Below, one piece after another: positions 29,198 through 35,701 of a DNA stretch of 64,000 nt. A program made the translations under genes and the position numbers. The notes below the pieces were generated by a model. The model had not been told where the DNA came from, did no database searches, and was given only the letters and a program-made list of their open reading frames with translations. Source of the DNA: a virus (lineage: Duplodnaviria; Heunggongvirae; Uroviricota; Caudoviricetes); the IMG/VR virus record IMGVR_UViG_3300008267_000033, positions 1 to 64,000 of that record; one strand, given 5' to 3'. Every line of letters begins with the position of its first letter. Within the stretch, counting starts at the first letter, position 1.

Positions 29198-29271
29198 ATG
29201 GTCTCCGATGCAAGAATCGAACTTGCGCTCCTTGGTCCCAAACCAAGAGTGATACCATTTCACCAATCGGA
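29198..29271 (-). tRNA. tRNA-Pro (anticodon TGG)
   Basis: Anticodon stem CTTGG/CCAAG with loop TTTGGGA; T-arm GCAAGTTCGATTCTTGC; CCA. Confidence 0.65.
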
Positions 29272-29330
29272 GTAAAAAATTAGACCACAAGTGTAAGGGA
29301 CTTACGCCGGCGGGCTTTGCCTAGCGGGTA

Positions 29331-29537
29331 TTACTTGCGATCCAAATGAGGTTCTCGAGTCTTGTCAACTTCAACATAACGTACAGACTGCATACTCTCT
29401 GGCAAGTTCCAGTTGAGATTTTTCCAGTATCGATGCAACAAGTTGTTGACCAACAGCACTAGACCTACCAGCACTATGATGCCACAGCTCAGTAAAATTA
29501 CACATACCAAAAAGGTTGCGGCACTCTCAATTGTCAT
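29331..29537 (-). CDS. small membrane protein
   Basis: ORF track; hydrophobic core VCVILLSCGIIVLVGLVLLV. Confidence 0.3.
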   Translation of the reverse strand: MTIESAATFLVCVILLSCGIIVLVGLVLLVNNLLHRYWKNLNWNLPESMQSVRYVEVDKTREPHLDRK

Positions 29538-29557
29538 TGTTGTTTCTTTCAGTTGAA

Positions 29558-29631
29558 TGGAGCGGCGTGCGAGAATCGAACTCGCGACACGAACTTGGAA
29601 GGATCGGGTAATACCATTTTACGAACGCCGC
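29558..29631 (-). tRNA. tRNA-Gly (anticodon TCC)
   Basis: Acceptor GCGGCGT/ACGCCGC; anticodon loop CTTCCAA; T-arm GCGAGTTCGATTCTCGC; CCA. Confidence 0.6.
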
Positions 29632-29677
29632 TTATACATTAATTATACAACAAGCCACCGGGTTTGTCTATGTTGTT

Positions 29678-29753
29678 TGGCAGGGGAGATGAGATTCGAA
29701 CTCATGATCACGATTTCAAAGACCGTTGCCTTAGGCCACTAGGCGACACCCCA
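29678..29753 (-). tRNA. tRNA-Gln (anticodon TTG)
   Basis: Architecture parallels E. coli tRNA-Gln (TGGGGTG..GCCTAGTGGCCTAAGGC..); anticodon stem ACGGT/ATCGT with loop CTTTGAA; unpaired 1:72 as in bacterial tRNA-Gln; CCA. Confidence 0.55.
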
Positions 29754-29761
29754 ACAGGAAC

Positions 29762-29835
29762 TGGTAGCCAGTACAAGAATTGAACTTGTGATAATCGCTT
29801 ATCAAGCGACCGTTATACCATTTAACTAACCGGCT
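29762..29835 (-). tRNA. tRNA-Ile (anticodon GAT)
   Basis: Anticodon stem GTCGC/GCGAT with loop TTGATAA; T-loop TTCAATT; CCA. Confidence 0.65.
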
Positions 29836-29841
29836 GAAATT

Positions 29842-29917
29842 TGGTGGTAATAGTTGGACTCGAACCAACGGTGGGTTGCGTATGAAGCAACTGCATTAGC
29901 CACTATGCTATATTACC
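29842..29917 (-). tRNA. tRNA-Met (anticodon CAT), elongator or Ile2 type
   Basis: Acceptor GGTAATA/TATTACC; anticodon stem GTTGC/GCAAC with loop TTCATAC; GGTTCGAGTCC; CCA. Confidence 0.65.
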
Positions 29918-29992
29918 ATATAGAAACACACTTGATATAGGAGATCACTCTCTCACGGATGAACCCGAGGTTGGTCAAATATGTTTTTATAT
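29918..29992. repeat. inter-tRNA spacer bounded by the leader/trailer inverted repeats ATATAGAAACACAC (29918-31) and ATATGTTTTTATAT (29979-92)
   Basis: The motifs abut the 5' end of tRNA-Met and the 3' CCA of tRNA-Lys and are mutually complementary. Confidence 0.55.
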
Positions 29993-30066
29993 GGTAGGAG
30001 CACAGGGAATCGAACCCTGATTAACTGGTTAAAAGCCAGCTACTTTGGCCGTTAAGTTATGCTCCC
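29992..30066 (-). tRNA. tRNA-Lys (anticodon TTT)
   Basis: Anticodon stem GCTGG/CCAGT with loop CTTTTAA; T-arm CAGGGTTCGATTCCCTG; CCA. Confidence 0.65.
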
Positions 30067-30071
30067 GTACA

Positions 30072-30147
30072 TGGTCCCTGCGGTCAGATTCGAACTGACG
30101 ACCAGCGGATTAAGAGTCCGTTGCGCTACCAACTGCGCCACACAGGG
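30072..30147 (-). tRNA. tRNA-Lys (anticodon CTT, tentative)
   Basis: D-arm GCGCAGTTGGTAGCGC; anticodon loop CTCTTAA; T-arm GTCAGTTCGAATCTGAC; CCA. Confidence 0.5.
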
Positions 30148-30251
30148 TCAGTCGTAATTTTTTGATTTTACGTGCCAACCCTAGACCAATACGGGATCTA
30201 GAGCGACACTACGGTTTACCTCGTTTCATGCCATCTCCTTGTTAAAAACGT

Positions 30252-30280
30252 ATTATACAATAAACGGAATCTATCGTCAA
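30252..30280 (-). promoter_or_regulatory. sigma70 consensus promoter (TTGACG-17-TATAAT) reading into the tRNA block 30147 to 29558
   Basis: -35 revcomp of cgtcaa at 30275-80, -10 revcomp of attata at 30252-57; about 100-nt leader before the tRNA at 30147. Confidence 0.6.
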
Positions 30281-30864
30281 CCTTTTGTTCGGCGTTGAAA
30301 GCCGAACCATGCCTTGATGGATTTGCTGATGGGCAAATCTTTATCAAACCCAATTGTCAAACTTATTCTGTGACCAGACAATTCAGGATTAGGATGTACG
30401 CTATGTACGCACGATGCATCAAATAACACTGGTGACACCAATTCAAATTCGGTAATTAGTTCACGTTCTTGATCCATTGGAAATCCTGTATATAATATAC
30501 CATTTGTATCACTAGTAAGTTTTCCAGCACCGTCAGGAACTTGCCAAAGTTTTGTCATTGAGCCTTGACAATTTCTAACTGGCCATAAGATTCTTACATA
30601 CGGGTCTACACCGTCGTTGTCTTTGTGCATGCTTACAATATCATTATCAGCGCAAACTATGGTGGCCAATCTTTCTGGAATCAAATGCCGACTGTTTAAA
30701 AATTCTGCTAGCAACGGACAATGACTCAGCATATGATGTATTGATTGATCATTGAAATAATTTTTACTCAACATTGCATCAGTGTGGTCAACAATATACT
30801 TGTAGACTTCTTCACTTATGTCCTGATGATTTTCTACATCTAAGAATTTGTATGCTAACTTCAT
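30277..30864 (-). CDS. cupin / 2OG-Fe(II)-oxygenase-like protein, paralog 1
   Basis: HKDNDG (HxD) and VHSVHP His motifs; shares PxxNCxxxxTxxW with 35702..36316; start moved to ATG 30862-30864 so the gene does not overlap the tRNA at 30878. Confidence 0.35.
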   Translation of the reverse strand: MKLAYKFLDVENHQDISEEVYKYIVDHTDAMLSKNYFNDQSIHHMLSHCPLLAEFLNSRHLIPERLATIVCADNDIVSMHKDNDGVDPYVRILWPVRNCQGSMTKLWQVPDGAGKLTSDTNGILYTGFPMDQERELITEFELVSPVLFDASCVHSVHPNPELSGHRISLTIGFDKDLPISKSIKAWFGFQRRTKG

Positions 30865-30877
30865 GCTATTACTTATT

Positions 30878-30951
30878 TGGTGCCCCACGACAGAATCGAA
30901 CTGCCATCACAGGATTACAAAACCAGTGTAATGCCATTATACTAGTAGGGC
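30878..30951 (-). tRNA. tRNA, anticodon uncertain (possibly TGT, Thr)
   Basis: Acceptor GCCCTAC/GTGGGGC with one G-U; T-arm GGCAGTTCGATTCTGTC; CCA; anticodon stem pairs poorly (loop TTTGTAA). Confidence 0.4.
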
Positions 30952-30958
30952 GGCGGTA

Positions 30959-31141
30959 TTAAGACTTTGCTATGATCTTTTGAATTGTTTTCTTATAGTC
31001 CAAGGCACGTTGAATCTTTGCACGATTTTTTGGTCTAGCAGTTTCCAACAGGGCTGTTAGCTGTGCCACATTCAGTGGACCAAGCCTGGGCCGGCCACTG
31101 TGATGTTTCATTGGATCGTTGTGTGTGTTATATGCTGACAT
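30959..31141 (-). CDS. hypothetical small basic protein
   Basis: ORF track. Confidence 0.25.
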   Translation of the reverse strand: MSAYNTHNDPMKHHSGRPRLGPLNVAQLTALLETARPKNRAKIQRALDYKKTIQKIIAKS

Positions 31142-31157
31142 AGTTTTCCTTTTTGTT

Positions 31158-31232
31158 TGGCTCCTCAGACTGGGATCGAACCAATGACCGAACGGTTAAC
31201 AGCCGTTTGCTCTACCTCTGAGCTACTGAGGA
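31158..31232 (-). tRNA. tRNA-Asn (anticodon GTT)
   Basis: TCCTCAGTAGCTCAGAGGTAGAGC closely parallels E. coli tRNA-Asn; anticodon stem AACGG/CCGTT with loop CTGTTAA; GGTTCGATCC; CCA. Confidence 0.7.
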
Positions 31233-31240
31233 ATATACTT

Positions 31241-31330
31241 TGGCGGAACGTTAGGGAGTCGAACCCTATGAGCAAGTTTCCTCACCCTACGCATTAGCAG
31301 TGCGTTGCCTTACCGTCCGGCCCACGTTCC
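31241..31330 (-). tRNA. tRNA-Ser (anticodon GCT), type II
   Basis: 90 nt; acceptor GGAACGT/ACGTTCC; D-arm GGGCCGGACGGTAAGGC; anticodon loop CTGCTAA; long variable arm; GGGTTCGACTCCC; CCA. Confidence 0.65.
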
Positions 31331-31352
31331 TTGCGAATACTTATACTGACAT

Positions 31353-31427
31353 TGGTGGAGGGTAAGGGAATCGAACCCTTAACTCATGCTTGCAAAGCAC
31401 ATGTGTTCCCGTTAGCACCAACCCCCC
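31353..31427 (-). tRNA. tRNA-Ala (anticodon TGC)
   Basis: Acceptor GGGGGGT/ACCCTCC with G3-U70 wobble (Ala identity element); anticodon loop TTTGCAA; AAGGGTTCGATTCCCTT; CCA. Confidence 0.65.
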
Positions 31428-31434
31428 AAATACA

Positions 31435-31508
31435 TGGCATCCCGGGAGGGACTCGAACCCCCACAAACGGTTTTGGAGACCGCTATGCTGCCATTACACC
31501 ACCGAGAC
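31435..31508 (-). tRNA. tRNA-Trp (anticodon CCA)
   Basis: Anticodon stem GCGGT/ACCGT with loop CTCCAAA; GGGGGTTCGAGTCCCTC; CCA. Confidence 0.65.
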
Positions 31509-31535
31509 AAATTAAACACACTGTTGCCAATGTGT

Positions 31536-31614
31536 GTATTAAAACAGATTGTATGCTTAGGGAATAATATTTCTGTCAAGCGACCAGCAACGGATACGCA
31601 ATCTGTTTTAATAC
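31536..31614. repeat. perfect 16-bp inverted repeat GTATTAAAACAGATTG / CAATCTGTTTTAATAC enclosing a 47-nt loop, upstream of tRNA-Trp
   Basis: Arms at 31536-51 and 31599-614. Confidence 0.5.
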
Positions 31615-31712
31615 GCTCGGATTTTTTTATGTACAAGAACACAAGCCATCCCCGAGGCCGCCCGTTTATTTTTTTGAGTGCTTGTAGGACCGCGTTTCCG
31701 TTTGCACTAAAT

Positions 31713-31745
31713 AAAAAAACCCCGGAGTGTTTAGTTCCGGGGTTC
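31713..31745. terminator. strong bidirectional rho-independent terminator
   Basis: AAAAAAACCCCGGA gtgtttagt TCCGGGGTTCTTGTT; on the minus strand the stem is followed by T7. Confidence 0.65.
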
Positions 31746-31977
31746 TTGTTAGATATACGAATATAGTCTATCAGAACCCCGGGTCTCCTGGAATACTGTT
31801 GAATGTGCCATTGGCCAACAGCCAGGTTGTTGCCTGGAAGGACATGGGTTTTGTCATTGAACAGAATTGTTGTTTCATCATAGTTCCTATTATAGTTTAT
31901 TTATTATTTGTTGTCAACCACAGAGCAAAATTATTTGCAGTGCTCTGCATTACAAAACTCATTCTATTGCTAGTATA

Positions 31978-32376
31978 TCAAACTTGCTGTATGAATGCAC
32001 TCCAAAGAACAGTGCCATCTTCACTGACAATTGGAACAGCCCAGACGTTCTCAAAATCACATGTGTTGATACTGGCTTGGGTATCAAAGTGAATAAGACT
32101 CCAAAACTTTCGCATGGAAAAATCAGCCTCTAAATTTTGAAATTTGTCAACAAAGGCCTGTGCAGCTTCTTCGCTGATGGAATAATAAATTGATACGTCA
32201 GGCCATGTGTCTGCGTTCACCACGCACAAATTCAATATCAAATTTTCATTTATGCACTCATTCCAGAAATTGACAATAGGATCGAAATGATCAACTACAT
32301 GTTCGCTTCCTTTTGAGCTTATGTTAAGGTCAGACGCCTCTTCCCTAGCAGTCATTATTATTGTAATTTCATACAT
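31978..32376 (-). CDS. hypothetical acidic protein
   Basis: Start set to ATG 32374-32376 (MYEITII...), preceded by AAGGAAA; the upstream part of the track ORF would overlap tRNA-fMet. Confidence 0.35.
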   Translation of the reverse strand: MYEITIIMTAREEASDLNISSKGSEHVVDHFDPIVNFWNECINENLILNLCVVNADTWPDVSIYYSISEEAAQAFVDKFQNLEADFSMRKFWSLIHFDTQASINTCDFENVWAVPIVSEDGTVLWSAFIQQV

Positions 32377-32390
32377 ATATTTCCTTTTAT

Positions 32391-32465
32391 TTGGTTGCAG
32401 AGGACGGATTCGCACCGCCGGTCCCCGGGTTATGAGCCCGATGAGATACTACTTCTCCACTCTGC
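32391..32465 (-). tRNA. initiator tRNA-fMet (anticodon CAT)
   Basis: CGCAGAGTGGAG...TCGGGCTCATAACCCGG...AACCA: C1xA72 mismatch, three G-C pairs closing the anticodon stem, close parallel to E. coli tRNAfMet; T-loop TGCGAAT. Confidence 0.7.
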
Positions 32466-32670
32466 GCTATGTTTATTTATATTGAATGAAGCACTGCCCG
32501 GTGTTTAAAGGTACGTATAGCAATATGCCGATACCATCCTTCCAGGAACATGACTTCGACTGTGACTAGCAGTCCACGCGGCTCTCGCCCGGTCAGCGGC
32601 TCTGGATCAATAAGTCCCTGGCAGTTGGGCCCATTGTCAATGAGTTTTTAACACGCTTCAATCAATATCG
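32466..32670 (-). ncRNA. 205-nt GC-rich non-coding segment between tRNA-His and tRNA-fMet; candidate small structured RNA
   Basis: CCAGG..CCTGG enclosing a GCGGCTCT direct repeat; no ORF. Confidence 0.25.
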
Positions 32671-32747
32671 TGGGGTGCATGATGGGATTCGAACCCACGC
32701 ATATCGGAATCACAATCCGAGGTCTTGACCGCTTGACGACACGCACC
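32671..32747 (-). tRNA. tRNA-His (anticodon GTG)
   Basis: Extra 5' G-1 opposite discriminator C73; anticodon stem TCGGA/TCCGA with loop TTGTGAT; GTGGGTTCGAATCCCAT; CCA. Confidence 0.7.
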
Positions 32748-32826
32748 ATATAGAAACACACTAGTCGGAAACGACTTAGAGACCTACTTGCCCACAGTCA
32801 CGAAGGCTTCTAATGTGTTTTTACAT
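32748..32826. repeat. inter-tRNA spacer bounded by ATATAGAAACACAC (32748-61) and AATGTGTTTTTACAT (32812-26); the spacer contains an AGTCG gaaa CGACT hairpin
   Basis: Abuts the tRNA-His 5' end and the tRNA-Arg(ACG) 3' end. Confidence 0.55.
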
Positions 32827-32902
32827 GGCGCGACCGGAGAGATTCGAACTCCCGACCCCTTGGTTCGTAGCCAAGTACTCTATCCAACTGAGCTACGGTC
32901 GC
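32826..32902 (-). tRNA. tRNA-Arg (anticodon ACG)
   Basis: GCGACCGTAGCTCAGTTGGATAGAGT; anticodon stem CTTGG/CCAAG with loop CTACGAA; GGGAGTTCGAATCTCTC; perfect 7-bp acceptor; CCA. Confidence 0.75.
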
Positions 32903-33518
32903 CGGTTGAATTTGAGAGCCTACGCCGCTTTTATCGTAGATTTATTCAGGACTTACCGGCCGCCTAGCCTGACCTCGAGCACGATGGATATCACTTGGGC
33001 TCCATCCAGCGTGGTCCCCGAGTGGACTACCGCAGTTGCCCGCGGCTGGGTCTCGAACCCACTTGCCTTCTGCTGTTTTGGTCCTTCGAAGAAACCTAGA
33101 CAGCGTGACTTCACTTGCTGACACTCTCAAAACTGGATTTGTTTAGTAGGCTACCCCTCATGTTCTCTTACTCTTGGGTAGCGTGACCATGTCGTATATC
33201 ACCGAAGAACAATCCGCAATATACTAGGCTCCCTCGCTAAAGGCATTACTAAACAAAAACTTGGCGGTCCTAGGGGGTAACGATCCCCACTCTTACGGCG
33301 TGACAAGCCGTCGTGCGTCCATGAACACTTTAGGACCAAAAATCTTGTTGTTACATTAAAAATGCGGCTTGCGCCTCCCACTGCTAACTACTGCTTCCCA
33401 ATTTATCGTCCATCGGCACCCGTGGTAGGGCTTGCGATGCGCATCGGCCTGACGTTCTGGCGTCAGTGATCCTTGGGATAGGACTGCTGGGCCTTGACCT
33501 GCCCAGCATCAGGTTGTT
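32903..33518 (-). ncRNA. about 0.6 kb GC-rich non-coding island inside the tRNA array; candidate structured RNA(s), class unknown
   Basis: No credible ORF; many GC hairpins (TGCTGGGC..GCCCAGCA, CTGACG..CGTCAG, GATGCGCATC) and a T-arm-like GTGGGTTCGAGACCCAG at 33043-62; same strand as the tRNAs. Confidence 0.3.
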
Positions 33519-33604
33519 TGGTGGAGACGGATGGATTCGAACCACCGCGCTTTTTACGGGCCAGATTTACAGTCTGGTGCAATCAACCACTCTGCCACGT
33601 CTCC
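33519..33604 (-). tRNA. tRNA-Tyr (anticodon GTA), type II
   Basis: 86 nt; acceptor GGAGACG/CGTCTCC; anticodon stem CCAGA/TCTGG with loop CTGTAAA; long variable arm; GGTTCGAATCC; CCA. Confidence 0.7.
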
Positions 33605-33614
33605 AAAACGTACT

Positions 33615-33716
33615 ATATAGAAACACACTATACAACAGGTTTAGGTCTGCTTCTGTATCCTGTCACGGCGTAGTATGAAGTTATCTCTAGACCTCAGCCG
33701 TAATGTGTTTTTATAT
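33615..33716. repeat. inter-tRNA spacer bounded by ATATAGAAACACAC (33615-28) and AATGTGTTTTTATAT (33702-16); the spacer contains a GGTCT..AGACC hairpin
   Basis: Abuts the tRNA-Tyr 5' end and the tRNA-Glu 3' end. Confidence 0.55.
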
Positions 33717-33790
33717 GGTACACGATACGAGAATCGAACTCGTCTTTCCGCCTTGAAAGGGCAGCGTCCTAACCGATAGACGAATCGTGC
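33716..33790 (-). tRNA. tRNA-Glu (anticodon TTC)
   Basis: D-arm GTCTATCGGTTAGGAC; anticodon stem CTGCC/GGCGG with loop CTTTCAA; T-arm ACGAGTTCGATTCTCGT; CCA. Confidence 0.6.
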
Positions 33791-33868
33791 ATGCTATACG
33801 AAAACACACTTCGGATACTGTACTAAACAGAAACTATCCAACACGGGCTATCCCGCTGAAGCATGTTT
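33791..33868. repeat. spacer bounded by GCTATACGAAAACACAC (33791-809) and the degenerate GCATGTTTACATATAG (33852-67)
   Basis: Follows the tRNA-Glu 5' end; the partner side is followed by a CCCTGT aactag ACAGGG hairpin instead of a tRNA. Confidence 0.4.
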
Positions 33869-33991
33869 ACATATAGTACCCTGTAACTAGACAGGGACTA
33901 CATGACAATCAAAATTTTAACGAACTTTTCAACTAGTCTCGATCGACTGTGCTGTTTTAAACTGTTTGGTCAACACCATAGAAAAACACAC

Positions 33992-34060
33992 TCTCAGGAA
34001 TCGAACCTGCTACCCTGTAGTACGGGGCTGTATCCAACGGACCATCGCGCATGGTCTGAG
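33992..34060 (-). pseudogene. tRNA-like remnant (T-arm only), flanked by the array's leader/trailer motifs in swapped order
   Basis: GCAGGTTCGATTCCTGA T-arm-like hairpin plus a GACCAT..ATGGTC hairpin; no intact D or anticodon arm; the 14-nt motifs at 33976-33991 and 34061-34074 can pair like an acceptor stem. Confidence 0.25.
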
Positions 34061-34168
34061 TGTGTTTATCTATGTTGTCGCGGAGGCCGAGTCTACAAAC
34101 TCGCTTCGAGTCCCTTGGTTCCAACCCTTTTTGCATCTCTGCGTGGGTTCTTACATTCGAGGACCGCC

Positions 34169-34196
34169 TTGCTTTCTAACTAGTCTCTAGTATAAC
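34169..34196 (+). promoter_or_regulatory. sigma70-like promoter, copy 1 of a 32-bp direct repeat (TTGCTT-16-TATAAC)
   Basis: TTGCTTTCTAACTAGTCTCTAGTATAACATCT at 34169-34200. Confidence 0.4.
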
Positions 34197-34267
34197 ATCT
34201 TGTGTTATTCTGGTCAACTTGTTTTGCAAAATCCCTTTGCTTTGTAGGGTCTTTGCAAACTTTGCTG

Positions 34268-34295
34268 TTGCTTTCTGACTAGTCTCTAATATAAC
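34268..34295 (+). promoter_or_regulatory. sigma70-like promoter, copy 2 of the direct repeat (TTGCTT-16-TATAAC)
   Basis: TTGCTTTCTGACTAGTCTCTAATATAACATCT at 34268-34299, 99 bp after copy 1. Confidence 0.4.
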
Positions 34296-34325
34296 ATCTC
34301 TGCCATTATTGGTCTAGCCGAAAAA

Positions 34326-34353
34326 GAAAAACCCGCCTAGATAGCGGGTTTTT
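34326..34353. terminator. bidirectional rho-independent terminator
   Basis: AAAAACCCGC ctagata GCGGGTTTTTG; ends the minus-strand small gene and the putative plus-strand sRNA. Confidence 0.6.
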
Positions 34354-34359
34354 GCTTGA

Positions 34360-34377
34360 GTAGTACTTTTGTATTAG
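34360..34377. promoter_or_regulatory. palindrome variant GTAGTACTTTTGTATTAG upstream of a TG-extended -10 (GTGTATAAT at 34416-24) inside a CCTCAC..GTGAGG hairpin
   Basis: Motif follows the terminator at 34326-53; possible plus-strand promoter, antisense to the small gene 34533..34724. Confidence 0.3.
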
Positions 34378-34532
34378 GTACCACTGCTCCCGCTGTTAGT
34401 ATAGGCCAGCGCCTCACGTGTATAATCATGTGAGGGTATCTCAAAGGACAGTTGGGTGTATTGCTTGTTCATAGTTTATTATATATGACAGTGAGTCGAA
34501 AGTCAATGATTTGTTAGATGTCTTTTGCCAAT

Positions 34533-34724
34533 TTATGTTCTTCCGGGTGGAGGTTTTGTAGTACCTAGTTGTCGCTCAAACGAACCAGGTCCTGCCAGTT
34601 CGGGTGGTAGTGGTGGCGGAACATAACGTTCCTTCACAGGCTTCTTGCCAAAAATTGATTCGTGTCTGGTGGCCAGTTCTTGTTGACTGACCACTGATGG
34701 ACGGGGTCTTGTGCCTTTGCTCAT
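34533..34724 (-). CDS. small Pro-rich basic protein (63 aa)
   Basis: GAGGAGA SD 5 nt upstream of the ATG. Confidence 0.35.
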   Translation of the reverse strand: MSKGTRPRPSVVSQQELATRHESIFGKKPVKERYVPPPLPPELAGPGSFERQLGTTKPPPGRT

Positions 34725-34780
34725 GGTGTCTCCTCAAATGTGTAGTATATATTAGTGTTGCCAGTGGGTCAACACTTTTA

Positions 34781-35365
34781 TCAAATCACTTGGGCAATAC
34801 GAGCCAAGATGATTTCAACCACTTGATTGCTGATCACAACTTCATAGTGGTTCAGCGGAAGTTCTACCAATTCAAAATCTGTGCGATATTGTTGGCTTTC
34901 TATTGTGACCACACCGTCATTGGGTTCTTGTATCCAGGGACTGGCTCCGCGTGTGGTCACAACCTGTGTCCAACATGGTGGTGCAGGCAACTTTTTGGCC
35001 GCAGCCATGGGATGACTTGCAGGACCAATGTCTTTCATCAGCCGGTTAAACGGCAGGAAGTAACGTGCATAATCTGCTTGTTTGCTGCCACCATAAGGTG
35101 TGCTCAAGCTCACACCGCCCACAGTGGTCGCACTGTAGTGGTTGGCCAGGTGCAGGGCATAGATACCGCCCAGGCTGTGACTGACGAAGAACAGTCGATC
35201 CTGATCATCCAGTTGGCCCTTCATTTCTGCCAGGTTGTGATCAAATCCTGCTTCGCTGTTGTATTCCAGGGCTAGGTCGGGCTCTTCTGTGTGATCCCGC
35301 ACAAACTGTCTGATGTGTGTGAAACTTTCTGCTGTGGCTGATGCCCCGTGTATGTAAACTATCAT
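34781..35365 (-). CDS. alpha/beta hydrolase (lipase/esterase-like)
   Basis: GxSxG nucleophile elbow VSHSLGG; 194 aa. Confidence 0.5.
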   Translation of the reverse strand: MIVYIHGASATAESFTHIRQFVRDHTEEPDLALEYNSEAGFDHNLAEMKGQLDDQDRLFFVSHSLGGIYALHLANHYSATTVGGVSLSTPYGGSKQADYARYFLPFNRLMKDIGPASHPMAAAKKLPAPPCWTQVVTTRGASPWIQEPNDGVVTIESQQYRTDFELVELPLNHYEVVISNQVVEIILARIAQVI

Positions 35366-35377
35366 TTGAATATTTAT

Positions 35378-35405
35378 TGTAGAGAAACCCGCCGAAGCGG
35401 GTTCT
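35378..35405. other. GC hairpin with GNRA-like loop (CCCGC cgaa GCGGG), possible terminator or attenuator upstream of the hydrolase gene
   Basis: AGAGAAACCCGCCGAAGCGGGTTCTGAGTTTCTGTT. Confidence 0.3.
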
Positions 35406-35701
35406 GAGTTTCTGTTACGAGGTATGTCTTACCCTAGGCAGTGTTTAGGCTGCCAAAGCGAACTGTTCGTCGTTTGCATTTACGGTTTTTGCTTGATTAA
35501 CGGTCATCGCCTACCGTGCTGTCCACTCTGTTACTTGTTGCCCTGTCGAAACTATGCACCCCCATCAAAAGAATTATTGACTAACATTCCCCCCATACTT
35601 CATTTCTGGTGCGGCTAATGCAAAAACTCTTTTGGTGGAGGTGGGGGGATTTGCACCCCCGTCCAGAACACTTTTCTCTCGGCTTCATACAACAATAACT
35701 A

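Larger units (their letters stand above)
34203..34353 (+). ncRNA. candidate sRNA(s) expressed from the tandem TTGCTT/TATAAC promoters and ending at the 34326-53 terminator (about 150 nt and about 52 nt forms)
   Basis: Promoter, promoter, terminator arrangement with no ORF; internal CCCTttgctttgtAGGG hairpin. Confidence 0.3.

Noticed and set aside
28832-29275. Plus-strand ORFs over the tRNA array (28832..29275, 29557..29742, 31331..31567, 31434..31766, 32813..33121, 33466..33678, 33902..34183, 36576..36996)
   Set aside because: Their translations repeat GIEP/RIEL/GFEP-type peptides, which is the tell-tale of reading antisense to tRNA T-arms. They overlap well-formed minus-strand tRNAs and have no RBS
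30148-30251. RBS plus mini-ORF (AAGGAG ATG GCA TGA, or ATGAAACGAGGTAAACCGTAG) in the leader of the tRNA operon
   Set aside because: Only 2-6 codons; most likely a chance occurrence in the leader. Mentioned only as a possible leader peptide
32903-33518. tmRNA or RNase P RNA assignment for the GC-rich island
   Set aside because: No tag-peptide reading frame ending in (A)LAA-stop was found. No canonical RNase P CR-I/CR-V pair (GGAAAGTCCGGGCTCC / ACAGAACCCGGCTTA) was found. No CCA-terminated tRNA-like 3' end was found. Kept only as an unclassified structured-RNA candidate
34697-35275. 192-aa plus-strand ORF
   Set aside because: Fully antisense to the alpha/beta hydrolase gene (34781..35365), which has the GHSLGG motif; low-complexity Cys/His-rich translation
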